Notes under the pieces: generated by a model
Told to the model about the DNA's origin: nothing
What the model saw: only the letters and a program-made list of their open reading frames with translations
Database searches by the model: none
Made by a program: the position numbers and the translations under genes
In this document: positions 29,644-39,246 of the stretch, one piece after another
How the letters are laid out: every line of letters starts with the position of its first letter
How positions within the stretch are numbered: the first letter of the stretch is position 1
Assembly: GCF_036660475.1 (NCBI RefSeq)
Contig: NZ_JAVXAO010000001.1
Location: 38,257-102,256 of the forward strand
Direction of reading: 5' to 3'
From: Clostridium sp.
GTDB taxonomy: Bacteria; Bacillota; Clostridia; Clostridiales; Clostridiaceae
DNA: 64,000 nt

Positions 29644-30108
29644 TTATATAGTAAGATCTATTTCTTCTTGAAGCTCAATCCCATTGCCTATAAGCTCCCT
29701 AACTATAGAAGAAATAATAAATACCATTAAAGCTGAAAACATTATAGCTAATGAAAGTAGATTTCTATAAATAAATACTGCACCAATAAAATATACAATA
29801 AAATCTATAAATGAACATATACTAATTATCTTAAGCTCCTTAATACTTTCCTTGCAAAATGGCTTCCCTTGAAGCAATCTTTTGCTTAATCTCATAACTG
29901 ACATAAGTATTATTAAAAACGGAACATATGTTATATATAAAAACACTATAATTCCAATTCCTTCTTTTAATCCAATACTTAACATATTTTTTGTATAACA
30001 ATTCACTAGCACAGGTAGTGTAATTCCACCAACTATGGTTATAACTGTTGATAAAACTGCTATAACATAAAGTATTTTTCTAAATAAAATATTTTTCAAG
30101 TTTATCAC
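29644..30108 (-). CDS. DUF2975-like membrane protein
   Basis: 154 aa, 4 TM, immediately upstream of the YozG-like regulator. Confidence 0.65.
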   Translation of the reverse strand: MINLKNILFRKILYVIAVLSTVITIVGGITLPVLVNCYTKNMLSIGLKEGIGIIVFLYITYVPFLIILMSVMRLSKRLLQGKPFCKESIKELKIISICSFIDFIVYFIGAVFIYRNLLSLAIMFSALMVFIISSIVRELIGNGIELQEEIDLTI

Positions 30109-30203
30109 CTCTATTTTATATTATCACTGATTACATTATATGTAAAGTAATTTTATTGTTTTTCAATATATTTTTATTTGTTATTAATATATATCTCGTA
30201 ATC

Positions 30204-30274
30204 GATTAATTAATACAACCTAGTTGGTGTCGGAAGGGTTGCATTTCGATTTACAACTGAGGATTAATTAATAC
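30204..30274. repeat. 13-bp direct repeats (gattaattaatac) flanking a relatively GC-rich hairpin
   Basis: Copies at 30204..30216 and 30262..30274. Between them lies cctagttg ... caactgagg, an imperfect stem. Confidence 0.6.
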
Positions 30275-30478
30275 GTTTTATTCTTTGAAAATTTATTAAA
30301 ATTTTTCCTCCATCTTAAATTATAAATTTCATATTCTTAATTCGAATATATATCCTGAAACATTAAGGGTATGGACGAAATATATTCTATCCATACCCTC
30401 ATATATAATTAACTTATAATACATTATTACAATTATTTTCCTAGAATATAAAATTACATAGCACCATATATAATTAAC

Positions 30479-31357
30479 CTATAATATATTATCACTTAGT
30501 AAAGTAATTACTGAAATCTCCGGTCTATTAAATACTCTTGGAATAATAATTTTACTACCTAACCCTGTATTTAAAATTAGTTTGCTACCTTCAATTGAAT
30601 ACTCTCCCGCACTATATTTCGGGAAAAACTTTCTCTCTGGTGATAAAAGTCCTCCTAAAAGTGGTAGTCTAATTAAACCTCCATGAACATGCCCTGCAAT
30701 TATTAAATCTGCTCCCCATTTTGCATAGGTATCAAAGTAAAGAGGATTATGTGTAAGTAAAATGTTGTACTCTTTATCATTGCATATGCCTAATATATTT
30801 TTCATATTTTCTTCCTTAAAATAAATATCCTTAGAATATTCACTACTCATATCTCTATAATAAGAAAGACTAAACCACATACCATAGAGGTTAATTGTAT
30901 TACTTCCTTTCGTTAATTTCACCTTTCTATTGTTCAATATCTTTACCCCAATTTGTCTTAACTTCTTCATAAGAAAATCATTTTTATCATTATCTAACTT
31001 TTGTTCATTATTTCCTAGAACAAAATATACTTCATATTTTTCTGCAATGATTTTTGCTAAATTTATAAATATATCAAAATTATTGTCCCTTGAATTAACC
31101 ATATCTCCTGTCATAACAATAATATCTGGATTTTCTTTATCTATATCATTAATTAGCCTATGATTTTCTTTTCCAAAACTCTTCGAATGTAAATCAGATA
31201 GTTGTAGAATTTTAAATCCCTCAAAGGCCGATGGTATTTTCGTGGACGTTATATTATATCTTGATGTAGTTAACCTATTATTATCATAATAAAGTGGTAC
31301 CCCAACAATTGCTACTGCTGGTATCATAACTGCCATAACGCTTAATTTATCAATCAT
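30479..31357 (-). CDS. Membrane-anchored metallophosphoesterase (calcineurin-like)
   Basis: SDLH, GDMVN, GNNE and GHVHGG motifs, with an N-terminal TM. Confidence 0.85.
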   Translation of the reverse strand: MIDKLSVMAVMIPAVAIVGVPLYYDNNRLTTSRYNITSTKIPSAFEGFKILQLSDLHSKSFGKENHRLINDIDKENPDIIVMTGDMVNSRDNNFDIFINLAKIIAEKYEVYFVLGNNEQKLDNDKNDFLMKKLRQIGVKILNNRKVKLTKGSNTINLYGMWFSLSYYRDMSSEYSKDIYFKEENMKNILGICNDKEYNILLTHNPLYFDTYAKWGADLIIAGHVHGGLIRLPLLGGLLSPERKFFPKYSAGEYSIEGSKLILNTGLGSKIIIPRVFNRPEISVITLLSDNIL

Positions 31358-31603
31358 TTTTCCTCCATATTCTTCTTTGTTGTTATATTACTATTATACC
31401 CTAATATAAAGAATTCAAAAATTACAATTAAATTAACATTTAAGTGAGAATCGAATCTTTTATTTTACTACAATAACTTACTCATTTGAACATTTCACCT
31501 TTATATTTTCTCTCTACTCTTATATGATTAGACTATAAATATTTCTTAAATTTCCCATAAAAATTCTATTCCTCAAACGTATATTAAGAGAGAGGTGAAA
31601 AAA

Positions 31604-32140
31604 ATGACTAATGTAGAATTTGAAGCTAGCATCAAACTTATACAAGCCGATGATAAATCAGGTCTTGAAAAAATCTATAAAGAGTATATTACTGTAATAT
31701 ATTCTGTAGTTCTGTCTATTGTGAAGAATAAAGAAAATGCTGAGGATATCACCTCTGATTTTTTTATAAAACTATGGGACAAATCAAAACTCTATGATTT
31801 TAGCTATAAACATAAATCATGGCTTATAACCATAGCCCATAATATGTCCATTGATTTTCTTAGGAAAAATAAGAGTGAAGTCTTGACTTCTGAATTTTTT
31901 GAAGAAGGGTGTCTGAATGAAAATTCCTTTGAAAATAATATTCATCACAAAATTATTTTTGAGGATGCTCTTAATAATCTTAAGGATGCTGAAAGACAAG
32001 TTATTAATATGCGCATATTAGGTGATTTAACATTTAAGGAAATTAGTCGTATTTTAAATAAACCTCTTGGCACCATAACCTGGCAATATCAAAATGCTAT
32101 TAATAAGTTGAGGAGATATGAATATGAAGAAATTAAGTGA
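31604..32140 (+). CDS. ECF-type RNA polymerase sigma-70 family factor
   Basis: Region 2 (ITIAHNMSIDFLRK) and region 4 HTH (LTFKEISRILNKPLGTITWQYQNAINKLR). ATG 31604 follows gagaggtga. Confidence 0.85.
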   Translation: MTNVEFEASIKLIQADDKSGLEKIYKEYITVIYSVVLSIVKNKENAEDITSDFFIKLWDKSKLYDFSYKHKSWLITIAHNMSIDFLRKNKSEVLTSEFFEEGCLNENSFENNIHHKIIFEDALNNLKDAERQVINMRILGDLTFKEISRILNKPLGTITWQYQNAINKLRRYEYEEIK

Positions 32141-33320
32141 AGATAAGTTAAAACAAAACATTATCAACATTTCAAAATCAAATACACCAGATTTATGGAA
32201 TAAAATAAGCAAGGAAATTGATAAAAAGTCTGATAGCCTATGTTCTGATGATACTAATTTAACTATTACTGACAAGTATAGTGATCTTGATAAATATACT
32301 ACTTCTATGGACTATTCTAATGGTGATACTAAATCAACTACTGATACTAACTCTTCAGACATGCCTAATATAGTGAGTATTTCATCAAGCGATTCTAACC
32401 CTATTAATTCTAATAAAAGAAAATCTTTAAATTCTAGATATGTGAAAGGTTTTTCTGGAATAGCTGCTATGCTAATATTAGCTCTTGGCATAGGTTTTAT
32501 TTCAAATATTACCGCTAAAAAAAGTTCCGATTCAGCTTTATCTAATAATAATCTAGAAAATAATACGAATGATAATTCCAATACCACCTCAGAGGATTCA
32601 TCTAAAATCTTTGACAAGTCTCCTGTGAATTATAGTAAACTAAATTTTGCGCCCTTAGAGGATTTATCAGATACATCTAAGAATGATTATATTAGTATGG
32701 AATTTGGTGGTGTCTCTCTATCTATAGCAGCCTTTTCAGAAAATTTTCTAAAGGATATTTCTATAATGAGTAAGGTAACTCTCCTTGATATCTACTTCAA
32801 AGATTATAAATATGATACCTATAGTGATAAGTTTGAACCAAATGGACGATTGCATAAATTTGATAAAACCATTGTCTATGAAGTTAGGATTGATGAACTA
32901 TATTACAATGATAGTGATGTTAAAGTTGGTGACGTTATAAAAATTGAAAATCTATGTTTCAATGGTTGCTACTTTACTGATGAACCTCTACTTAACCTAA
33001 AGGTAAACAGGCAATATATTCTTCCTCTATACGATGCTGGTGAAACTATTCTATATTACCTTGATGATTATGCCGAGGGTGATATAACCCGTGATGGCAA
33101 ATATGGTATTACCTATCAATTTGCACCACAGATTGAGGTAACTCTAGACAATGAATATTTATTTCATGATGGTTGGCAAAGTCTGATAAATGATAAAACT
33201 GTAGATGTGGTAATGGATTCCGAAACTTCTATGGAAAACTCATATGATGATAAAATGAAGCTTCGAAGAGATGATAAATTCATAGAGGATTTAAAGTCAT
33301 TGATTGAAAAACACAAGTAA
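32124..33320 (+). CDS. Putative anti-sigma factor (single TM, large extracytoplasmic domain)
   Basis: Overlaps the sigma gene by 17 nt. It has a short cytoplasmic N-terminus, an S/N/T-rich linker, the TM segment GFSGIAAMLILALGIGFISNI and a ~250-aa outside domain. Confidence 0.6.
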   Translation: MKKLSEDKLKQNIINISKSNTPDLWNKISKEIDKKSDSLCSDDTNLTITDKYSDLDKYTTSMDYSNGDTKSTTDTNSSDMPNIVSISSSDSNPINSNKRKSLNSRYVKGFSGIAAMLILALGIGFISNITAKKSSDSALSNNNLENNTNDNSNTTSEDSSKIFDKSPVNYSKLNFAPLEDLSDTSKNDYISMEFGGVSLSIAAFSENFLKDISIMSKVTLLDIYFKDYKYDTYSDKFEPNGRLHKFDKTIVYEVRIDELYYNDSDVKVGDVIKIENLCFNGCYFTDEPLLNLKVNRQYILPLYDAGETILYYLDDYAEGDITRDGKYGITYQFAPQIEVTLDNEYLFHDGWQSLINDKTVDVVMDSETSMENSYDDKMKLRRDDKFIEDLKSLIEKHK

Positions 33321-33454
33321 TGTTTTCTAATAAAAAATAACATTAAAGATATGAATTCAAGGTGTTGGACCCTTATTAATTAGCTATATCCGTTCTAAAC
33401 TTATTCTGCCAAGTTATTTTGTTTATTAATATTGATAAAAATAGGAGGGATTAC

Positions 33455-34576
33455 ATGAAAAAGTATAAACTTTTAACTTTACTGCTCTTTATCGTTGTTT
33501 CTTTAACCTTTATTGGTTGTTCGAGAAATAATGTTATTGCTATTGACTGGATTGACTTCGTTAAATGGAATGACATATCCTATGAAAATACTAATACAAT
33601 AGTCCCAAATGAATATATCGGTAATGAAATTGGAGAAGTTTCAAAAATTGCACCTACTGAAGTAACTGGAAAGAAACCTCCTGAATCTGAAAATGGTGAA
33701 GCGGGATTTTTAGACATAGGCACTAAATTCTTTGAAATTAAAGGATATAATAGTGAATCCCATATTGCAGTTTTAACAAAAAATCACTACTATCTTTATA
33801 AAACCCATGATAGTAACAGTATTTCCTTTACTCAGTCATCACCTTATAAAGAACTTAGTACTTTACCAAAGGAATATCCATTTGAATTAGCTATAAAAAA
33901 CGGAGATGTTGTTAATGTCCTTGGCAATATTTCCAACACAGAAAATTTTGATGACTTCCTCGAAAGTTTTAATAATAAAAATGATGATATGATAAGGCTA
34001 ACAGGCTACACTGATGAAGGTGATGCCATAATAAGTGACATGATTATTTCTAATGGAAATACTAAACTTCTTATTGATTCTACAAGGGATAAATTTTCAA
34101 GCCCTGATGATAGAAAAATAACTGACTATATAGTTGCTGATATACTAAAACAAACTAAAGGTCATAACATTGAATATATAGCTAAACTAATTAATGGTGA
34201 AACGCTACTCTTAATTTCTGTTGAAAACCCACTGGCTTCTAGTGATCTGCCTTTCAAAGATTTGAAAGCTACTGAAGTTGAAAAAATCAGTTTATACGTA
34301 GGCATTCCCGAGAAAACCTTAGAAATTAAAGATGCCGAAGATATTAAAGAAGTTGTTGAGATATTAAATAAAGTTGTGACCTATGAGGAAGATCCTTCAA
34401 ACACTCAATATTATGGACAGCTTATTCAATACACTTTAACCCTAAAAAGTGGAGCTACTTTAAATATCGGAGCATTTAACCCCTTTATTCTCATAAATCA
34501 GGTGTCTTATAGAACAAAATATGAGCCATGTGAAGAATTAAATGCTTTAGGTAATAGACTTTTGAATGAAAATTAA
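33455..34576 (+). CDS. Lipoprotein with DUF4362-like central domain
   Basis: Lipobox LTFIGC after the MKKYKLLTLLLF signal. The segment NGDVVNVLG...FDDFLESFNNKNDDMIRLTGYTDEGDAIISDMI...DSTRDKF matches the DUF4362 pattern. The track start 33419 is rejected in favour of the ATG after aggaggg. Confidence 0.65.
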   Translation: MKKYKLLTLLLFIVVSLTFIGCSRNNVIAIDWIDFVKWNDISYENTNTIVPNEYIGNEIGEVSKIAPTEVTGKKPPESENGEAGFLDIGTKFFEIKGYNSESHIAVLTKNHYYLYKTHDSNSISFTQSSPYKELSTLPKEYPFELAIKNGDVVNVLGNISNTENFDDFLESFNNKNDDMIRLTGYTDEGDAIISDMIISNGNTKLLIDSTRDKFSSPDDRKITDYIVADILKQTKGHNIEYIAKLINGETLLLISVENPLASSDLPFKDLKATEVEKISLYVGIPEKTLEIKDAEDIKEVVEILNKVVTYEEDPSNTQYYGQLIQYTLTLKSGATLNIGAFNPFILINQVSYRTKYEPCEELNALGNRLLNEN

Positions 34577-34643
34577 ACATCTCAATTTCAAAATAATAAT
34601 CATGCACTATCTCATAATACTCAAAATCACCATCCATATTTTA

Positions 34644-34702
34644 TAAAAAAATACCCTCCTAAGCAAATATAGATTTTAACTATACTTGTTTAAGAGGGTA
34701 TA
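34644..34702 (-). terminator. Terminator of the 34783..35742 gene
   Basis: Minus strand: ataccctc ... gagggtat followed by ttttttt. Confidence 0.5.
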
Positions 34703-34782
34703 TAAATAACCTATTACCTTGTGGTGCTTAAAATATCCTTCGCATCCTTGACTTATTACTCCTAATTTATATTACTAATTTA

Positions 34783-35742
34783 TTATCCTAATAAAATCTG
34801 GTCTTCTAACATCTTTATCTGTTTTGCTCTCATTCCTAGAGATAAATTTATGTAACTACTCCATAATATCATTGCATATGAGGTTATTCTAAAGCTGACA
34901 ACTAGCATAACTAAGCTTCCTAGCATAACTATCCTAAGCATTTTCTTTGATTTAGTTTTTACATATATATATTTACCTATAAATGAATACGCATCTTTAA
35001 TAATCACATATAAAAACATATATTTTACTGCCATCACTACCGTAACAATATAGGTAATATCAGTAGTGTAATTTAATAATCCTAGTATTTCTAAGCCTAT
35101 TAAATATATAAGTCCTACAAAAATAAGACTTTTTGAACTACAAAGATAGTATCCATATTTCCTAAAATTTTTGACTATAGTAAATTTTCTTTTACCATAC
35201 TGTTTTAATAGTTTAAGTTTATTACCTAATACTAAAATCCCAACATAGGTTACTGCCACAGTTCCCACTGGTAAACAAGCTACAAGACTATAAACAATAA
35301 CTTGTGGTTTTATAAATTCATTTGCCAAGTATGCAGCATATCCTTGAGCTTCTTTTATAAAACTAATCCCTGTTAAAGCTGAAAAGTATATATCTATAAA
35401 TATCATTAAAACACACCCAAATATAGAGCAATAAACTATATCGTCTATTCCAGGTGTATCCTTTTCTATGAAGATTCCACACATAAACCCTAGTAATACA
35501 CTTTGACTCATCCAGATTGCTGATATCATATCCCCTAATCCTAATATTATTATAAGAAGTGAAGTTATAGCAGATAAAACTGCATATTTAAATCCACATC
35601 TCAAATAAATAAGTCCAATAATTATAGGAACTACCATATCTAAGTATAGAGAATATCCAATACCTGTAGTTATAGCTATTACACTCATCACCACAAATAG
35701 TGCTGATAGCATAGCCGCCTCTGTCATTTCCCTTGTTTTCAA
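34783..35742 (-). CDS. Polytopic membrane protein (possibly DUF2232/YybS-like)
   Basis: About 9 TM segments. The N-terminus MKTREMTEAAMLSALFVV resembles YybS-type proteins. The family assignment is tentative. Confidence 0.5.
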   Translation of the reverse strand: MKTREMTEAAMLSALFVVMSVIAITTGIGYSLYLDMVVPIIIGLIYLRCGFKYAVLSAITSLLIIILGLGDMISAIWMSQSVLLGFMCGIFIEKDTPGIDDIVYCSIFGCVLMIFIDIYFSALTGISFIKEAQGYAAYLANEFIKPQVIVYSLVACLPVGTVAVTYVGILVLGNKLKLLKQYGKRKFTIVKNFRKYGYYLCSSKSLIFVGLIYLIGLEILGLLNYTTDITYIVTVVMAVKYMFLYVIIKDAYSFIGKYIYVKTKSKKMLRIVMLGSLVMLVVSFRITSYAMILWSSYINLSLGMRAKQIKMLEDQILLG

Positions 35743-35792
35743 ATTTTATCACCTTTTTTCTATTATATATAAATTGTAATTAAGACTATACA

Positions 35793-35843
35793 ATTTAAAT
35801 TCAAAATTTAAAATTTAAAATTTAAAATTTAAAATTTAAAATT
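35793..35843. repeat. 7-bp-period tandem repeat (aaattta)n
   Basis: At least six consecutive aaattta units upstream of the 35742 gene start. Confidence 0.85.
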
Positions 35844-36042
35844 ATAGTTGAAGAACTAAAACCCTTATTGGATTTTCAAAAATTAAATGTATAAATTTAA
35901 TTGTAACATATATGTACAAATATCAAACACATCCAAACAATTATATCCAAATAATACATAATAAGTTTGCAAAATGTTATAATTATTATAGTACTATTTT
36001 AGATATTTTTAAAGCGTAATTTAAAATGGAGGTAATTTTCAT

Positions 36043-36246
36043 ATGATTATCCCTAGAGTTATCTGCATCATTATGATTCTACTAAGTCTATGTATAACCT
36101 TTAAACCACTAAAGATAATAAATACTATAAGAGTAATGCTCGTCTTGAATGAACTACCCCCTGAAAGTTTTAGCGTGTCCATTTATAGATTCTCTGGAAT
36201 TATGGGCATTATTATTTTTTCACTATTTTTAATTCAGACCCTATAA
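36043..36246 (+). CDS. Small 2-TM membrane protein
   Basis: RBS ggaggt 9 nt upstream, hydrophobic. Confidence 0.5.
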   Translation: MIIPRVICIIMILLSLCITFKPLKIINTIRVMLVLNELPPESFSVSIYRFSGIMGIIIFSLFLIQTL

Positions 36247-36315
36247 GGCATCTTTAAAAAATAAATAAGTCAGTATCCTCGACTATTTTGAGTTATTATT
36301 TATTTTCAGATGCCT
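36246..36315. repeat. 70-bp palindromic element, copy 1
   Basis: aggcatct...aaaataaata...tatttatttt...agatgcct. It aligns along its length with 61598..61663. Confidence 0.75.
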
Positions 36316-36367
36316 AAAATAAAAAAGTTATGTATATAAATTATTATTTAATAAAGGAGCTGTTAAT

Positions 36368-36544
36368 TTGGGAAATATACTGTCCATACTATTTTTCTTA
36401 CCTTTAATCGCCATTCTTGCCCTTATCCCCTACTTTATTATTAAACTAGCAGTAAAACATGCTATAAAAGAAAGTTCCCATATTATATATAATGCCATTA
36501 ACAAAAGTCTAAATGAATATGAATGGAGAAAGAATAATAAATAA
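36368..36544 (+). CDS. Possible small membrane protein (58 aa, TTG start)
   Basis: aaggag lies 8 nt before TTG. Translation is GNILSILFFLPLIAILALIPYFIIKLAV... with a terminator downstream. It is below the track cutoff. Confidence 0.35.
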   Translation: MGNILSILFFLPLIAILALIPYFIIKLAVKHAIKESSHIIYNAINKSLNEYEWRKNNK

Positions 36545-36565
36545 TGTAGTCTTAATCTATAAAAC

Positions 36566-36610
36566 AAACTAGGCTAAAGTGAATTTCACTTCATCCTAGT
36601 TTATTTTTAT
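36566..36610. terminator. Bidirectional terminator
   Basis: aaactagg ... cctagttt followed by attttta. Confidence 0.55.
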
Positions 36611-36665
36611 TTAGAATAAATCTCTATTCCATATCTATCTATTTGCTCTTTAATATCTTTATTTA

Positions 36666-37502
36666 TTACTTTAATCTAGTTCCTGCCTCATCTTGCTCTA
36701 TAAGACCTTTTTTCATTAGTGCTCCAAGAGCCCTTTTAAATCCATTCTTGCTGGCTTTAAAATATTTCTTGATATCCATTGGATTACTTTTGTCGTTAAA
36801 GCTCATAGCACCTTGGTTTTTCTTTAGGTAGTTCATGATAACTTCTTCAAGTTCACCCATTTCTTCAAGACGTGGCTTTCTTGCAGTAACCTCTGTCTTA
36901 CCATCATCAAAGTATTGTTTTACCCTTACTTTAATCTTTTCACCCATTTCAATTTCATTAAAGTATTCATTTCTTAAGATGATACCTCTAAATATATTAT
37001 CGATGGCAATTACTAAGTTACCATTTGTATGTCTTCCATAAACTACACCTTCTACTTCTTGCCCTATATCATAGGTACTAGTGTCATGAAGATGTTGGTC
37101 TACTTTTGTTGTAGCAGCTATTCTGTTAGTTTTATCTACATATAAATAGAATAAATAGCTCTTCCCAACTTCTAGCTCATATGCCGCTTCTTTAAATGGT
37201 ACAAAAACGTCTCTTTCAATTCCTATTTTTACGAAAGCTCCTATTATAGACTTATCTACAACTTCTAGATAAGCTACATCACCAACGTATGCTTCTACTT
37301 TTTTCATTGTAGCAATAAGTCTATCTTTAGAATCCTTGTATATAAAGGCTTCTATCTCGTCCCCAATATCTATACTTCCCACTATGCTTCTTGTTGGTAT
37401 TAGTATATCTTCTGAAGTACTCTGTCCCTTACCATCAAGATAGTATCCAAACTCACAGCTTCTTACTACCTCTAGTTTATTTATTTTTCCTAATTCAATC
37501 AT
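36666..37502 (-). CDS. cvfB: S1 RNA-binding domain protein, CvfB/YitL family
   Basis: 278 aa with tandem S1-like domains plus a C-terminal winged-helix (KRALGALMKKGLIEQ). Confidence 0.8.
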   Translation of the reverse strand: MIELGKINKLEVVRSCEFGYYLDGKGQSTSEDILIPTRSIVGSIDIGDEIEAFIYKDSKDRLIATMKKVEAYVGDVAYLEVVDKSIIGAFVKIGIERDVFVPFKEAAYELEVGKSYLFYLYVDKTNRIAATTKVDQHLHDTSTYDIGQEVEGVVYGRHTNGNLVIAIDNIFRGIILRNEYFNEIEMGEKIKVRVKQYFDDGKTEVTARKPRLEEMGELEEVIMNYLKKNQGAMSFNDKSNPMDIKKYFKASKNGFKRALGALMKKGLIEQDEAGTRLK

Positions 37503-37572
37503 TCAAATTCTCCTTATTTTCTTACTTTATTTTTAAAAGATGCCTTATACCTTTAACCCATAGTGTTAAAGT

Positions 37573-38070
37573 CTATAATTCATTCCAATCAATATACTTG
37601 TTAAGCTTCTCTACAAACTTTGTTAAGTACTGCTCTTCTAATTCCGTAAATGTATTAAATTCATAGCTATCTAAGTCTAGTACTCCATAAACAATATCAT
37701 CCTTTATTAAAGGAAGTACAATCTCAGATTTAGATGCACAATCACAGGCAATATGCCCTGGAAACTCATGTACATTTCCTATTCTTTGAATCTTTTTCTC
37801 AGCTACAGCCGTTCCACATACACCTTTACCAATAGCTATCCTGTTGCAAGCTGGCATTCCTTGAAATGGCCCAAGTACTAACTCTTCATTTCTAAGAAAA
37901 TAAAAACCACTCCAATTTAGTTTATCCATTATAGCGTATATAATAGCGGATGCATTAGAAATATTAGCGTAGATATCCTTCTCTGAACTTAGCTGTCCCT
38001 CTAAAACAATTAACATATACTTATATTTTTGTTCCATAGTCATGTTTTTTATTGCATCTAATTTTATCAA
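37573..38070 (-). CDS. GAF domain protein (free methionine-R-sulfoxide reductase-like)
   Basis: 165 aa with GFYF...LGPFQG...C..I..GKGVCG...HIACD, the pattern of the YebR/MsrC family. Confidence 0.75.
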   Translation of the reverse strand: MIKLDAIKNMTMEQKYKYMLIVLEGQLSSEKDIYANISNASAIIYAIMDKLNWSGFYFLRNEELVLGPFQGMPACNRIAIGKGVCGTAVAEKKIQRIGNVHEFPGHIACDCASKSEIVLPLIKDDIVYGVLDLDSYEFNTFTELEEQYLTKFVEKLNKYIDWNEL

Positions 38071-38169
38071 AACAATCCCCCCATGATTAAATTTATAAAT
38101 ATTTTTTATGGTATATATACTTTTAATTAAGAATGTATAATTTAGAGTTTAAAATAAAGGAGAGAATCC

Positions 38170-38212
38170 TTAACTTTAAACTTTCAAATTTCAAATTTTT
38201 AATTTTAAATTT
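38170..38212. repeat. 7-bp-period tandem repeat abutting a stop codon
   Basis: ttaactt taaactt tcaaatt tcaaatt tttaatt ttaaatt runs into the TAA of the 38211..38711 gene. Confidence 0.8.
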
Positions 38213-38711
38213 ACTTATGTTCTTGTGCAAGCTCCACATAGTGAATAGCAGATGTCCTTATTGATTCAATTTCTTCTGTTGTAAGCTCTCTAACTACCTT
38301 AGCTGGACTACCTATACAAAGAACTCCTGATGGAATCTTCTTGTTTTGAGTTACAAGACTTCCCGCCCCTATAATAGTATTCTCGCCAATTTCTGCTCCA
38401 TTTAATACAATTGAACCCATTCCAACTAAAACATTATTTCCTACAGTACATCCATGGATAATACAGTTATGACCTATCGTTACATTATCCCCTATAGTAG
38501 TTGAGATTCCAAAATCATCATGTACTGTTGAATTTTCTTGGATATTAGTATTTTTCCCTATAATTGTAGTATCCATATCACTTCTTATCGCCGCACTGTA
38601 CCATATATTAGATCCTGCACCTATAGTTACATCCCCTACTACTGTTGCATTTTCCGCTATAAAACATGAATCATCTATCTTTGGTGTTTTTCCCTTAACA
38701 GTCTTTATCAT
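38211..38711 (-). CDS. Gamma-carbonic-anhydrase-like / left-handed beta-helix (hexapeptide repeat) protein
   Basis: 166 aa with a YrdA/PaaY-like hexapeptide pattern. Confidence 0.85.
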   Translation of the reverse strand: MIKTVKGKTPKIDDSCFIAENATVVGDVTIGAGSNIWYSAAIRSDMDTTIIGKNTNIQENSTVHDDFGISTTIGDNVTIGHNCIIHGCTVGNNVLVGMGSIVLNGAEIGENTIIGAGSLVTQNKKIPSGVLCIGSPAKVVRELTTEEIESIRTSAIHYVELAQEHK

Positions 38712-39143
38712 TTTATCATCCCATCCTTATTCATACTCATATTAACTGTATTCTAGATAAATAAAATAAACATTTATTATCTTCACACATATATATTCCT
38801 AACTAAATTTTCACATTTAATTTATTAAAATCCATTAAATATTCTATACTGATTTTAAATTCTAAATTGTAATTTTACCCTATACATAATCATACCATAA
38901 TTTTATCTCTTATTGTGTAGAAAAATATTCTTTCCCCTTTTTTCACCAAATAATAATGTAAACTATTTTATTTTTTTTGTGCTATCCCATTATTAAACTA
39001 TAATATAATTTGTAATCTCTATATAAGCCTTTGCTTACCTTGTATTTTTATGAAATATATTAAATTCAAGAATAATTTTCACAATTTATAAGCACACTTT
39101 AGATGTAAATTCAATATTGATTATAAATTTTTTTTATAATATA

Positions 39144-39190
39144 ATACAACATATAGTGCTAATGCACATTCGAGACACAATATATAGTGT
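39144..39190. promoter_or_regulatory. Tandem NrdR boxes
   Basis: atacaacatatagtgc (39144..39159) and acacaatatatagtgt (39175..39190) are 31 bp apart centre to centre and lie 57-103 nt upstream of nrdJ. They match the NrdR-box palindrome acaCwAtATaTwGtgt. Confidence 0.7.
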
Positions 39191-39246
39191 ATAAACTATT
39201 TAGGGGGTGAATTGCTAATCATTGATTTATGTGATTAGCTTTTATA

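Noticed and set aside
38712-39143. A cobalamin riboswitch could lie ahead of the B12-dependent RNR.
   Set aside because: No B12-box-like (gccactg) core and no extended conserved helices are visible. The region instead carries NrdR boxes and one heptamer/head copy.
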